Origin: Verrucomicrobiota bacterium
Lineage (GTDB): Bacteria; Verrucomicrobiota; Verrucomicrobiia; Chthoniobacterales; UBA6821
NCBI GenBank assembly: GCA_021413925.1
Contig: JAIOPL010000004.1
Coordinates: forward strand, 128,004-192,003
Direction of reading: 5' to 3'
Length of the DNA stretch: 64,000 bases
In this document: positions 9,005-16,864 of the stretch, piece by piece
How positions within the stretch are numbered: position 1 is the stretch's first letter
How the letters are laid out: each line of letters begins with the position of its first letter
The notes under the pieces: generated by a model
Seen by the model: only the letters and a program-made list of their open reading frames with translations
Told to the model about the DNA's origin: nothing
Databases searched by the model: none
Made by a program: the position numbers and the translations under genes

Positions 9005-10462
9005 TTAACTTATTTGTCCGGGCCTGCGCTTGTGCCACTCGGTCGACTGCTCGTAGGCATGGCCGATTCGGAGAAGACGGCTCTCACCGAAGGGGCGTCC
9101 GAGGAGCTGTAGACCGACCGGTAGATCGACGCCGTCTCGGTTGGAGAATCCGCAGGGGAGGCTCAGTCCGCAGATGCCGGCCAGATTCGTTGCGATTGTG
9201 AAGATGTCAGCCAGGTACATCTTGAGCGGATCATCGGTCTTTTCCCCGAGGCGGAATGCGGTCTCCGGAGAGGTGGGGGAGACAATGGCATCGACCTTGG
9301 TGAAGGCCTGATCAAAGTCACGCCGAATGAGGGTACGAACCTTCTGGGCGCGGAGGTAGTAGGCGTCGTAGTAGCCGCTGCTCAGCACGTAGGTGCCCAG
9401 GATGATACGGCGCTTTACCTCGCGTCCGAATCCCTCGGCGCGTGTCTTCTCATAGAGCGAGAGCAGGTCCTTGGCCTCGGGTGAGCGGCGTCCATAACGC
9501 ACGCCGTCGAAGCGGGCCAGATTGGCTGAGGCCTCGGCGGTGGCAATGATGTAGTAGACAGCGACAGCATACTCCGTGTGGGGCAGGGAGATCTCCACCG
9601 GCTCGGCCCCGAGGGAGACGAGTTGTTCGATTGCGGCGTCGACGGAGCTGCGAACTCCCGGTTCCATGCCGTCGACGAAGTATTCCTTCGGCACACCAAC
9701 GCGTAGTCCCTTGAGATCACGACCGATCTCAGCGGTAAAGTCTTCATCGGGAAGTTCCAGCGAGGTCGAGTCATGGGGATCCTTGCCTGCCATGGCATTG
9801 AGCAAGATGCCACTGTCCTCGACAGTCGAGGTGAGGGGGCCGATCTGATCGAGAGAGGAGGCGAAGGCAATGAGTCCGTAACGGGAGATACGACCGTAGG
9901 TCGGCTTCAGTCCCACGCAGCCGCAGAGCGCTGCGGGCTGGCGGATCGATCCCCCGGTGTCGGAGCCGAGAGTGGCGAGGGCCGTTCCTGAAGCAACCGC
10001 TGCTGCGGAGCCGCCGCTCGATCCACCGGGAATGCGATTCAGATCCCAAGGGTTGCGCGTCGGATGGAATGCAGAGTTCTCGGTGGAAGATCCCATGGCG
10101 AATTCGTCCATGTTCATCCGTCCGAAAGGAATGGCTCCCGCACTGCGCAGACGTGCGATAGCGGTCGCATCGTAGGGGGCTGTGTACCCATCCAGAATCC
10201 GGGAAGCTGACTGGAGGGGCTGTCCAGCGACACTGATCGCATCCTTGATCCCTATCGGAATGCCTCCGAGCGGCTTGGAAAGATCGGCTGTTGAAGCCTC
10301 CTTCTTGGCTGTCTCGAGATCCCGTGCAATGTAAGCGCCGATCGAGGAATCCACGGAGGCGATGCGCTGCTCAAGACCCTCGAGCAACTCGACGGGGGAA
10401 ATTTCCTTGGAACGGAGTAGCCGGCGTGTCGCCGCGATGCTTTGAAAAGGGGTGAAGGACAT
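9005..10462 (-). CDS. gatA: Asp-tRNA(Asn)/Glu-tRNA(Gln) amidotransferase subunit A
   Basis: 485-aa protein with the amidase signature [12 protein letters not shown] and full-length resemblance to GatA. gatC lies upstream on the same strand. Confidence 0.93.
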   Translation of the reverse strand: MSFTPFQSIAATRRLLRSKEISPVELLEGLEQRIASVDSSIGAYIARDLETAKKEASTADLSKPLGGIPIGIKDAISVAGQPLQSASRILDGYTAPYDATAIARLRSAGAIPFGRMNMDEFAMGSSTENSAFHPTRNPWDLNRIPGGSSGGSAAAVASGTALATLGSDTGGSIRQPAALCGCVGLKPTYGRISRYGLIAFASSLDQIGPLTSTVEDSGILLNAMAGKDPHDSTSLELPDEDFTAEIGRDLKGLRVGVPKEYFVDGMEPGVRSSVDAAIEQLVSLGAEPVEISLPHTEYAVAVYYIIATAEASANLARFDGVRYGRRSPEAKDLLSLYEKTRAEGFGREVKRRIILGTYVLSSGYYDAYYLRAQKVRTLIRRDFDQAFTKVDAIVSPTSPETAFRLGEKTDDPLKMYLADIFTIATNLAGICGLSLPCGFSNRDGVDLPVGLQLLGRPFGESRLLRIGHAYEQSTEWHKRRPGQIS

Positions 10463-10640
10463 AAAAAAAGTTAAAATGTTGAAATGTTGAAAAGTTAAAA
10501 TGTCGTCCGCAATTCAGCAGATGGAAGGCTTGGGGAAGGCGAGAGAGGGATGAGACCTGAAACTTGAAACCTGAATATGGGAAAAGAAAAAACGTAAATC
10601 CTGAAAAGCTAAAAAGCGGAAAATGGTGAGGGAGTTTTGA

Positions 10641-10940
10641 CTAGTCGAGAACCTTTGGGACAACAAAGAGCCCGTTTGCGTTGTGCGGGGCGTTTTCCAG
10701 GATCGTCTTCTTGGGGAGGCTCTCCGTGACCGCATCTTCACGGATCACGTCAAAGACCGTGATCGCATGGGCGGTCGGCTCGATGCCTGAGATGTCGAGT
10801 TTGTTCATCTGCTCCACGTGATCAAGAATGCGACCAAGCTGAGGACCGAAGATCTCGATCTCCTCGGGAGTTACTTCCAACCTGGCAAGACGGGCCAGAT
10901 AGGGGACGTCAATTGTGTGATGGGGTGCGTTGGTGGACAT
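10641..10940 (-). CDS. gatC: Asp-tRNA(Asn)/Glu-tRNA(Gln) amidotransferase subunit C
   Basis: About 99 aa, with a LARLEVTPEE...EPT pattern typical of GatC. The track start is TTG at 10946, so the ATG at 10940 is used. Confidence 0.85.
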   Translation of the reverse strand: MSTNAPHHTIDVPYLARLARLEVTPEEIEIFGPQLGRILDHVEQMNKLDISGIEPTAHAITVFDVIREDAVTESLPKKTILENAPHNANGLFVVPKVLD

Positions 10941-10955
10941 GGGCAAAGGAAAGGT

Positions 10956-10984
10956 TGAATTATGAAGGATGAAGGATGAAAAGG
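10956..10984 (-). repeat. Copy of purine-rich repeat family B (GGATGAA-type)
   Basis: The plus strand reads tgaattatgaaggatgaaggatgaaaagg, with GAAGGAT tandem x2. The reverse complement ttcatccttcatccttcataattca resembles both arms of the repeat at 50817-50918. Confidence 0.6.
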
Positions 10985-11036
10985 GAAGGCTTGGGATTGA
11001 ACTATGGGTTGCCCACGACGCTCTTTAGGTCGAATT

Positions 11037-11474
11037 TTACTCCTCCTCGCAGGGGGGATACTGCACGGGAGGGTTGCCATTTCGGGAGAGTACCCTACGG
11101 TGGCGCCGAGCGGCCTCTTCCTCGCCAATGTCGATGCAGGTGACCGGAAAATGCCAGTCATCTCCGTAGTCGAAGTAAAAGAGCATCGTTCGCCCCTTCG
11201 TGAAGACCTCGGAGATCAACGTGCTCTTCACACCGGGGTCATCATCGGCTTCTCCGATGTCGGCGAAGAGGGTGTAGCGCTCGGTGCTGTTGAAGCGGTT
11301 CAAGTTGTCGCAGAACTCGAAGCAGTGATCGAAGTCGAATTCCAGCGCCTTGATCAGCGTCTCCGCCAGATCATAGAGCGTGTATTCCCCGAGGAAGCCA
11401 ACCGTGGCGCGGAACTTCTCATATCCGATCTCGAAGATGTAGGTCTTCAATGGGGGATCTTTAAGAGCGATCAT
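11037..11474 (-). CDS. Plasmid pRiA4b ORF-3-like (MM3350-like) family protein
   Basis: The FYFDYGDDWHFPV motif and overall layout resemble the pRiA4b ORF-3 family. The track start is TTG at 11513, so the ATG at 11474 (MIALKDPPLKTYIFEI) is used. Confidence 0.6.
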   Translation of the reverse strand: MIALKDPPLKTYIFEIGYEKFRATVGFLGEYTLYDLAETLIKALEFDFDHCFEFCDNLNRFNSTERYTLFADIGEADDDPGVKSTLISEVFTKGRTMLFYFDYGDDWHFPVTCIDIGEEEAARRHRRVLSRNGNPPVQYPPCEEE

Positions 11475-11674
11475 GGGTGGGATATTAGGGGAAAAGAAAA
11501 AGAAGGAGAACAACGAACATCACTAAAGACACGAGAGGGGAGATGAAAGAGGAAGGGTGATTCAGGTTTCGTGCTTTTCGTGTCTTTCGTGGTTTTAGAT
11601 TCGTTCGGAGCAACTCTCCAGATGCGAGGCTAGCGAGCGACAACGCCCCTATCCGCCGATATCCCGAGTCTTTT

Positions 11675-12802
11675 CTACGACAGCGCCTCGTAGCGGGAGC
11701 GTAAGTAGGAATCCGTCATGCCCGCGACATAGTCAGCCACGACGCGGTGGAGGCCGTCGCGTTCCAGGCGCGAGAGAGTGCGCACGCCGAGCTTTTCGGG
11801 ATGGCTTATCAGGTCGGCAAAGACAGACTCCATCTGTTGGCAGGCGTTCTCATTGGCGCCATGCACCTCGGGATGGCGGTAGAACTTCTCGTAGAGATGC
11901 CTGCGGAGAGCGGCGTTGCGGGATTTGAGATCGGAGGAATATCCGATCAGACGGGTGGGATGATGACGAACTTCCCCGACGCTTGTGACGCCCGAGGCAA
12001 CGATGGATGAATGACTTGTCTGCACAAGATCCTCAACCTCCCGGTTGATCAGGCAGCGGAGGAGGAACTTCCGATAGGTGCGGGGACCTGCAGAGCTGAG
12101 GGTCCCGGAGGATTCCGCGAGGGCCTTGGCATCGGCTTCGCGCCAGAGATCCAAGCTCATGAGTTCTTCCTGAGAAAGCAGGCCGGAGGCGAGTCCATCC
12201 TCGAGGTCATGACTGTAGTAGGCTATCTCATCAGCGATGTTCGCCACCTGGGCCTCCAGCGATGGGCTGGGATAGCGCGCGCCATCTGGGCTTACAATCT
12301 CGCGGTGATGCTTTTTCAATCCCTCAAGAACCTCGTGGGTGAGGTTGAGTCCCTGGTGCTGGGGATAGCTTTCCTCAAGTGTCTCGACAACGCGGAGGCT
12401 CTGCTCGTTGTGATCGAATCCGCCGTGATCCTTCATCAGGCGATCGAGCGTCTCCTCTCCGGCATGACCGAAGGGAGGATGTCCCAAGTCATGTGCCAGG
12501 GCGATGGCCTCGGCCAGATCCTCGTTCAGTCCGAGAGCCCGAGCGATGGTCCTGCTGACCGAGGCTACCTCGATCGTGTGGGTCAGGCGTGTGCGGTAAT
12601 GGTCTCCCTTGCCGTTGAGGAAGACCTGCGTCTTCCCGTCGAGCCTGCGGAAGGAGGTTCCGTGAACGACCCTGTCACGATCCCGCTGGTAGCACGAACG
12701 AAAGGAATGCTCCGACTCGGGCAGCAAGCGTCCTGCACTCTCCGAGGCCTTCTGGGCGAAGGGAGCGAGAAGGGCTTCGCGTGGATCGGATGAATGTGTC
12801 AT
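11675..12802 (-). CDS. dGTPase-like HD-domain deoxynucleoside triphosphate triphosphohydrolase
   Basis: 375-aa protein with the HD-domain motif HDLGHPPFGHAGE and an N-terminal FRSCYQRDRDRVVH segment typical of the Dgt family. Confidence 0.85.
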   Translation of the reverse strand: MTHSSDPREALLAPFAQKASESAGRLLPESEHSFRSCYQRDRDRVVHGTSFRRLDGKTQVFLNGKGDHYRTRLTHTIEVASVSRTIARALGLNEDLAEAIALAHDLGHPPFGHAGEETLDRLMKDHGGFDHNEQSLRVVETLEESYPQHQGLNLTHEVLEGLKKHHREIVSPDGARYPSPSLEAQVANIADEIAYYSHDLEDGLASGLLSQEELMSLDLWREADAKALAESSGTLSSAGPRTYRKFLLRCLINREVEDLVQTSHSSIVASGVTSVGEVRHHPTRLIGYSSDLKSRNAALRRHLYEKFYRHPEVHGANENACQQMESVFADLISHPEKLGVRTLSRLERDGLHRVVADYVAGMTDSYLRSRYEALS

Positions 12803-12818
12803 GGAACGGAGTTATGAA

Positions 12819-12961
12819 TTCTCGCGCAGAGGCGCAGAGAACGCAGAGGAAGAATCTTTGATTGAGCAGTAAGAAATCGATTAGGGATTCAAGTCGAAGG
12901 CATTACCTGTTTTCTGTTTTTTTACAAATATCTCCGCGCCTCTCTGCGTCTCTGCGGGAGA
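12819..12961. repeat. Inverted pair of repeat family A between ychF and the dGTPase-like gene
   Basis: The left arm is ttctcgcgcagaggcgcagagaacgcagagg (12819-12849). The right arm is tctccgcgcctctctgcgtctctgcgggaga (12931-12961), its imperfect reverse complement. The spacer is about 81 bp. Confidence 0.75.
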
Positions 12962-12970
12962 TCTCCTCGG

Positions 12971-14089
12971 CTAAACGTTGAAGCGGAATTCCATGACGTC
13001 TCCGTCCTTGACCTCGTATTCCTTGCCCTCGATGCGGAGTTTGCCCGCTTCGCGGCACTTTGGAGCAGAACCGAGTGAGTCCAGGTCTGCGAAGGCCATG
13101 GTCTCAGCGGCGATGAAGCCGCGCTCGAAGTCGCTATGGATGACGCCGGCAGCGGCAGGGGCCTTGTCACCGGTGCGAATGGTCCAGGCGCGGGTCTCCT
13201 TAGGCCCGTAGGTGAAGTATGTGCGAAGTCCCAGCAGGGCATAGGCTCGGCGGATGAGCTTGCCTACACCACTGTCGGAGACACCCAGTCCCTCCAGATA
13301 CTCCTTCGCCTCTTCGGGCGGAAGTTCGGAAAGTTCGCTCTCGATCTGGGCGCTGACAACGACCGTTCCGGTACCGTGATGGGTCGCAGCGTACTCGACG
13401 ACGGCCTTCACATGGGGATTGGTGGAATAGTCACCCAGCTCAAGTGGCGCGAGATCCTCCTCGCGCACATTGGTGGCAAACAGTACAGGCTTGGCGCTGA
13501 GAAGGAAAAAGCCGGCCATCAGCTTCTTCTCGTCATCCGTCAACTGAGCTGTGTTGGCGGGTTTACCCTCGTTGAGGTGAGGGAGGAGCTTTTCTCCGAG
13601 TTCGATCTCGGCCTTGGCCACCTTGTCGCCGGTGCGTGCGGCCTTGGTCTGGCGCTCGATCCGTTTCTGGACGGTGGCCATGTCAGCGAGGACAAGCTCG
13701 GTCGTGATGATCTCAATGTCGCGAACGGGATCGATCGATCCGGCCACGTGATGGATGTCCTCGTTCTCGAAGCAGCGGACTACCTGGACGATGGCGTCGA
13801 CCTCGCGGATGTGTGCCAGAAACTTGTTTCCCAATCCCTCTCCCTCGCTGGCACCCTTCACGAGGCCGGCGATATCGACCACCTCGATGGCGGCCGGGAT
13901 GACCTTCTCGGAGGAGGCAAGCTCCCGCAGACGCTCGAGCCGCGCATCGGGAACGTTCACCACGCCGACGTTCGGCTCAATAGTGCAGAAGGGGAAGTTT
14001 GCCGCCTCGGCCTTACGGCTCCGGGTGAGGGCGTTGAAGAGAGTTGATTTGCCCACATTGGGGAGTCCGACGATTCCTGTTCTTAACAT
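12971..14089 (-). CDS. ychF: Redox-regulated ATPase YchF
   Basis: 372-aa protein with the P-loop [18 protein letters not shown] and the C-terminal conservation of YchF/OLA1. Confidence 0.93.
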   Translation of the reverse strand: MLRTGIVGLPNVGKSTLFNALTRSRKAEAANFPFCTIEPNVGVVNVPDARLERLRELASSEKVIPAAIEVVDIAGLVKGASEGEGLGNKFLAHIREVDAIVQVVRCFENEDIHHVAGSIDPVRDIEIITTELVLADMATVQKRIERQTKAARTGDKVAKAEIELGEKLLPHLNEGKPANTAQLTDDEKKLMAGFFLLSAKPVLFATNVREEDLAPLELGDYSTNPHVKAVVEYAATHHGTGTVVVSAQIESELSELPPEEAKEYLEGLGVSDSGVGKLIRRAYALLGLRTYFTYGPKETRAWTIRTGDKAPAAAGVIHSDFERGFIAAETMAFADLDSLGSAPKCREAGKLRIEGKEYEVKDGDVMEFRFNV

Positions 14090-14158
14090 CTAACCTTGCT
14101 ACCTGAGGCCGGGCCGGGGAAAAACTTCTTTCACACACTAAAGCAAAAAAACTTTTCC

Positions 14159-14929
14159 ATGAAAAAAACCCTCAAATCACTTTCTTCGCTTGTTTCGACG
14201 ATGGACAACCTCCTGCGAACAGGTGAAATCAACGATTATCCAGGAGCTGTGAATGGTCTCCAGATCGAAAACTCTGGTGCAGTCACAAGGATCGTTGCCG
14301 CTGTGGATGCCTGTGAGGAAGTCATCCGCGAGTCATCCAGAGTCCCGGGTACGCTCTTGCTGGTCCATCACGGACTCTTCTGGAACGGAGTGCAGACTCT
14401 GACCGGGGCCCACTACCGCAAGATCAAGGCTGCCCTGGATGGAGACCTCGCTCTCTACAGTTCGCACCTTCCCTTGGATCTCCATCCGAAACTCGGGAAC
14501 AATGTCCTCCTGGCCAAGGCTCTGGGTCTGACCGCTATCAAGCCGGCTCTGGAGATGAAGGGGCAAGCTGTCGGCGTGCTCGGAAAGGTGAGGGAGATGA
14601 AACGCGAGGCCTTTGCCGAATTACTATCAGGCGCTGTAGGTGGTGACGTGCATCTGGCTCCCGGCGGTCCTAAGATAATCAAGACTGTTCTTGTGGTCAC
14701 CGGGGGGGCGGGCAGCGAGGTAGCTCGGGCAGCAACGCTTGGGGTTGATGCCTTCGTGACAGGGGAGGGGCCCCACTGGAGCTACACAGCCGCTGAAGAG
14801 CTGGGGATCAATCTCTTTTATGCCGGTCACTATGCGACGGAGACCTTCGGGGTGAAGGCCCTGGCTTCACTTGTTGCCACTCAGGCATGTCTCCCCTGGA
14901 GCTTCCTTGATCATCCCACAGGGCTCTAA
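14159..14929 (+). CDS. Nif3-like dinuclear metal centre protein (GTP cyclohydrolase 1 type 2 homologue)
   Basis: LLVHHGLFW and YSSHLPLDLHP motifs and a C-terminal AGHYATETFG match the NIF3/YbgI family. The track TTG at 14096 is only 7 nt from the ychF start, so the ATG at 14159 is preferred. Confidence 0.8.
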   Translation: MKKTLKSLSSLVSTMDNLLRTGEINDYPGAVNGLQIENSGAVTRIVAAVDACEEVIRESSRVPGTLLLVHHGLFWNGVQTLTGAHYRKIKAALDGDLALYSSHLPLDLHPKLGNNVLLAKALGLTAIKPALEMKGQAVGVLGKVREMKREAFAELLSGAVGGDVHLAPGGPKIIKTVLVVTGGAGSEVARAATLGVDAFVTGEGPHWSYTAAEELGINLFYAGHYATETFGVKALASLVATQACLPWSFLDHPTGL

Positions 14930-15077
14930 AAGACAATGACATGGTGAATGTCGTGCCTAAGCCTCTCTTCCTGGAGGTTCCTGAGAAAGGGACGTCTGTT
15001 TGTGAGCATTCCTGTCTGAGCTCATGCAAAGGAAAAGCCGGACCGACTGAACGGCCCGGCAATCCATAAGCTGGGGG

Positions 15078-15101
15078 GAGAAAAGCGCCCAAGGCGCTTT
15101 T
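15078..15101. terminator. Bidirectional intrinsic terminator between the Nif3-like gene and the small lipoprotein gene
   Basis: The stem agcgcc/ggcgct (15084-15089 with 15093-15098) is flanked by an A-run on the left and a T-run on the right. On the minus strand it follows the TAA at 15109-15111 by about 8 nt. Confidence 0.65.
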
Positions 15102-15108
15102 GCCTGAA

Positions 15109-15231
15109 TTACTTGCTCTTGCCGACGGTGGATGGGCAGGGATTCTGGCAGCACTGTTTGTGGCAGCATGCGCCGAGGCTGAGGGCTACCGTTGCAAGCG
15201 CAACGATCGCCGCGATCTTGGTGATGGTCAT
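15109..15231 (-). CDS. Small Cys-rich lipoprotein (40 aa)
   Basis: Hand translation gives MTITKIAAIVALATVALSLGACCHKQCCQNPCPSTVGKSK. AAAGGAGG lies 10 nt upstream of the ATG, the lipobox is LGAC, and the terminator hairpin follows immediately. It is below the ORF-track size cutoff. Confidence 0.6.
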   Translation of the reverse strand: MTITKIAAIVALATVALSLGACCHKQCCQNPCPSTVGKSK

Positions 15232-15355
15232 AATAAATTCGCCTCCTTTGTAAGCTGGTTGCCTCCTTCAAAGCTAATTCATCCACTTCTCCTGTCCAGT
15301 ATTGGGGAGATGTTTTTTTCCTTTGATAATTAAAAGTTGCTGTTTTTTGATTAAA

Positions 15356-15371
15356 TGGCCCAAAAGTTGCT
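15356..15371 (+). promoter_or_regulatory. Sigma-54-type -24/-12 promoter-like motif upstream of rpoN
   Basis: TGGCCC-aaaag-TTGCT has GG (15357-58) and GC (15369-70) at the canonical 11-nt offset of TGGCAC-N5-TTGC. It lies 34-49 nt upstream of the rpoN ATG on the same strand. Confidence 0.4.
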
Positions 15372-15404
15372 TGCAATCTAATCTCTCTGTTTCATGAATA
15401 AGAA

Positions 15405-16850
15405 ATGGCCGGAATGGAACTCATCGCTGGGGTTGCCCAGCAGCAGGTGCTTTCCCCGCAAATGCAGCAGAGTCTCCAGCTGCTGCAGACTCCTGTGGCA
15501 GAGCTTCGTCAGATGATTGCCGCAGAGTTGGCCGGCAATCCTGTTCTGGAAGAAGAAGATTTTCTAGGGGGACCCTCTGATTCAGATGAGGATCCTCATC
15601 CCCATTCCCTTCCCAAAGAGGAGAATGATAGAAGGGCGAGAGATAATGAATTTTCCTTACAGGACGAGTGGCGCGATTATCTGCCTCAGGCTTCAGCCCG
15701 ACCTGCCTATTCCGCGGAGGATGAGGAACGCCGGAGATTTCTTTTTGAATCGCAAGTCTCAAGGCCGACGCTCAGGAGCCTCGTGATCGATCAGGCGGCG
15801 GGTTTTCCTCCCGAAGAACGGCACCTTGTCGAACTCATTGCCGGAAGCCTGGATGAGGATGGCTATCTGAGAATGACCGTTTCGGATCTGGCTACAGCGG
15901 CAGGAGTTCCCGAGGCGCCCATGGAGGTTGTGTTGAGAAAGGTCCGTGAATTCGAGCCTCCGGGAGTGGCGGCCTCTGATCTCGCGGATTGCCTTCTTCT
16001 CCAGCTCTCGAGACGGAGTGAGGGGAATGGCCTAGCTGCCCGGATCCTCAGCCACCATCTCCCCCAGTTGGCCCGTCACCGCTATGACGAGATCTCCCGA
16101 GATCTCCGTGTCCCCGTTGCTGATGTCACCGCAGCCGCACGACACATCGCAACACTGGAGCCGAAGCCCGGGCGTCCCTTTGCATCAGCCGATGAGCAGG
16201 GTGTCATTCCCGACCTGATCGTCATTCCGCAAAAGAATACTGAGACTGAGGGGGGGGGTGATACAGGAGGATTTTCGGTACGTCTGAATGAGGATGAACT
16301 TCCCCGCCTCAAGATCAGCAATGATTACAAGGAGCTGCTTGCAGAGCGCGGTCAGAACGAGGAACTGCTGCTGTACCTTCGCGATAAGATCAAGGGCGCG
16401 CGTTTTTTTCTACGCAGTCTTCAGCAGCGTCAGCAGACCCTGCTTGCCATCGGGAACCAGATCGTTTCCCGGCAGGAGGAGTTTTTCCGTAAGGGGGCCT
16501 CTGCCCTGAAGCCCCTGATCATGGCTCAGATCGCAGACGCCGTAGGCCTGCATGTCACCACCGTCAGCCGCGCCGTCTCTGGAAAATACATGGATACGCC
16601 CCAAGGATTGTTCGAGATGAGATATTTCTTCACCCCTGGATTTCAGAACTCCGACGGCACTGCAGTCAGTAATGAGATGGTGAAAGGGGCAATCCGAGAC
16701 ATGGTGGACAAGGAATCCCCCCGTGCCACACTGAGCGATCAGGAAATCGTTACAGAATTGGAAGCGAGAGGACTGAAGGTCGCCCGCAGAACTATTGCCA
16801 AGTACCGCGAACAGCTTGGGATTTTACCGAGCCATCTGAGAAAAAACTGA
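15405..16850 (+). CDS. rpoN: RNA polymerase sigma-54 factor
   Basis: 481-aa protein with an N-terminal Q/L-rich region I. It has a C-terminal HTH (ADAVGLHVTTVSRAV) and the RpoN box ARRTIAKYRE. Confidence 0.93.
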   Translation: MAGMELIAGVAQQQVLSPQMQQSLQLLQTPVAELRQMIAAELAGNPVLEEEDFLGGPSDSDEDPHPHSLPKEENDRRARDNEFSLQDEWRDYLPQASARPAYSAEDEERRRFLFESQVSRPTLRSLVIDQAAGFPPEERHLVELIAGSLDEDGYLRMTVSDLATAAGVPEAPMEVVLRKVREFEPPGVAASDLADCLLLQLSRRSEGNGLAARILSHHLPQLARHRYDEISRDLRVPVADVTAAARHIATLEPKPGRPFASADEQGVIPDLIVIPQKNTETEGGGDTGGFSVRLNEDELPRLKISNDYKELLAERGQNEELLLYLRDKIKGARFFLRSLQQRQQTLLAIGNQIVSRQEEFFRKGASALKPLIMAQIADAVGLHVTTVSRAVSGKYMDTPQGLFEMRYFFTPGFQNSDGTAVSNEMVKGAIRDMVDKESPRATLSDQEIVTELEARGLKVARRTIAKYREQLGILPSHLRKN

Positions 16851-16864
16851 TAAGTCTGTAAGAT

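Noticed and set aside
14941-15069. 42-codon plus-strand ORF (MVNVVPKPLFLEVPEKGTSVCEHSCLSSCKGKAGPTERPGNP) just after the Nif3-like gene.
   Set aside because: It has no Shine-Dalgarno-like sequence, no signal peptide or other feature, and it sits upstream of the terminator of the preceding gene. There is nothing to distinguish it from a chance ORF.
14957-15376. 139-aa minus-strand ORF spanning the Nif3-rpoN intergenic region.
   Set aside because: It crosses a strong bidirectional terminator hairpin and has no SD or recognisable motifs. It overlaps, in another frame, the 40-codon lipoprotein gene, which has an SD, a lipobox and a terminator. The small gene explains the region better.
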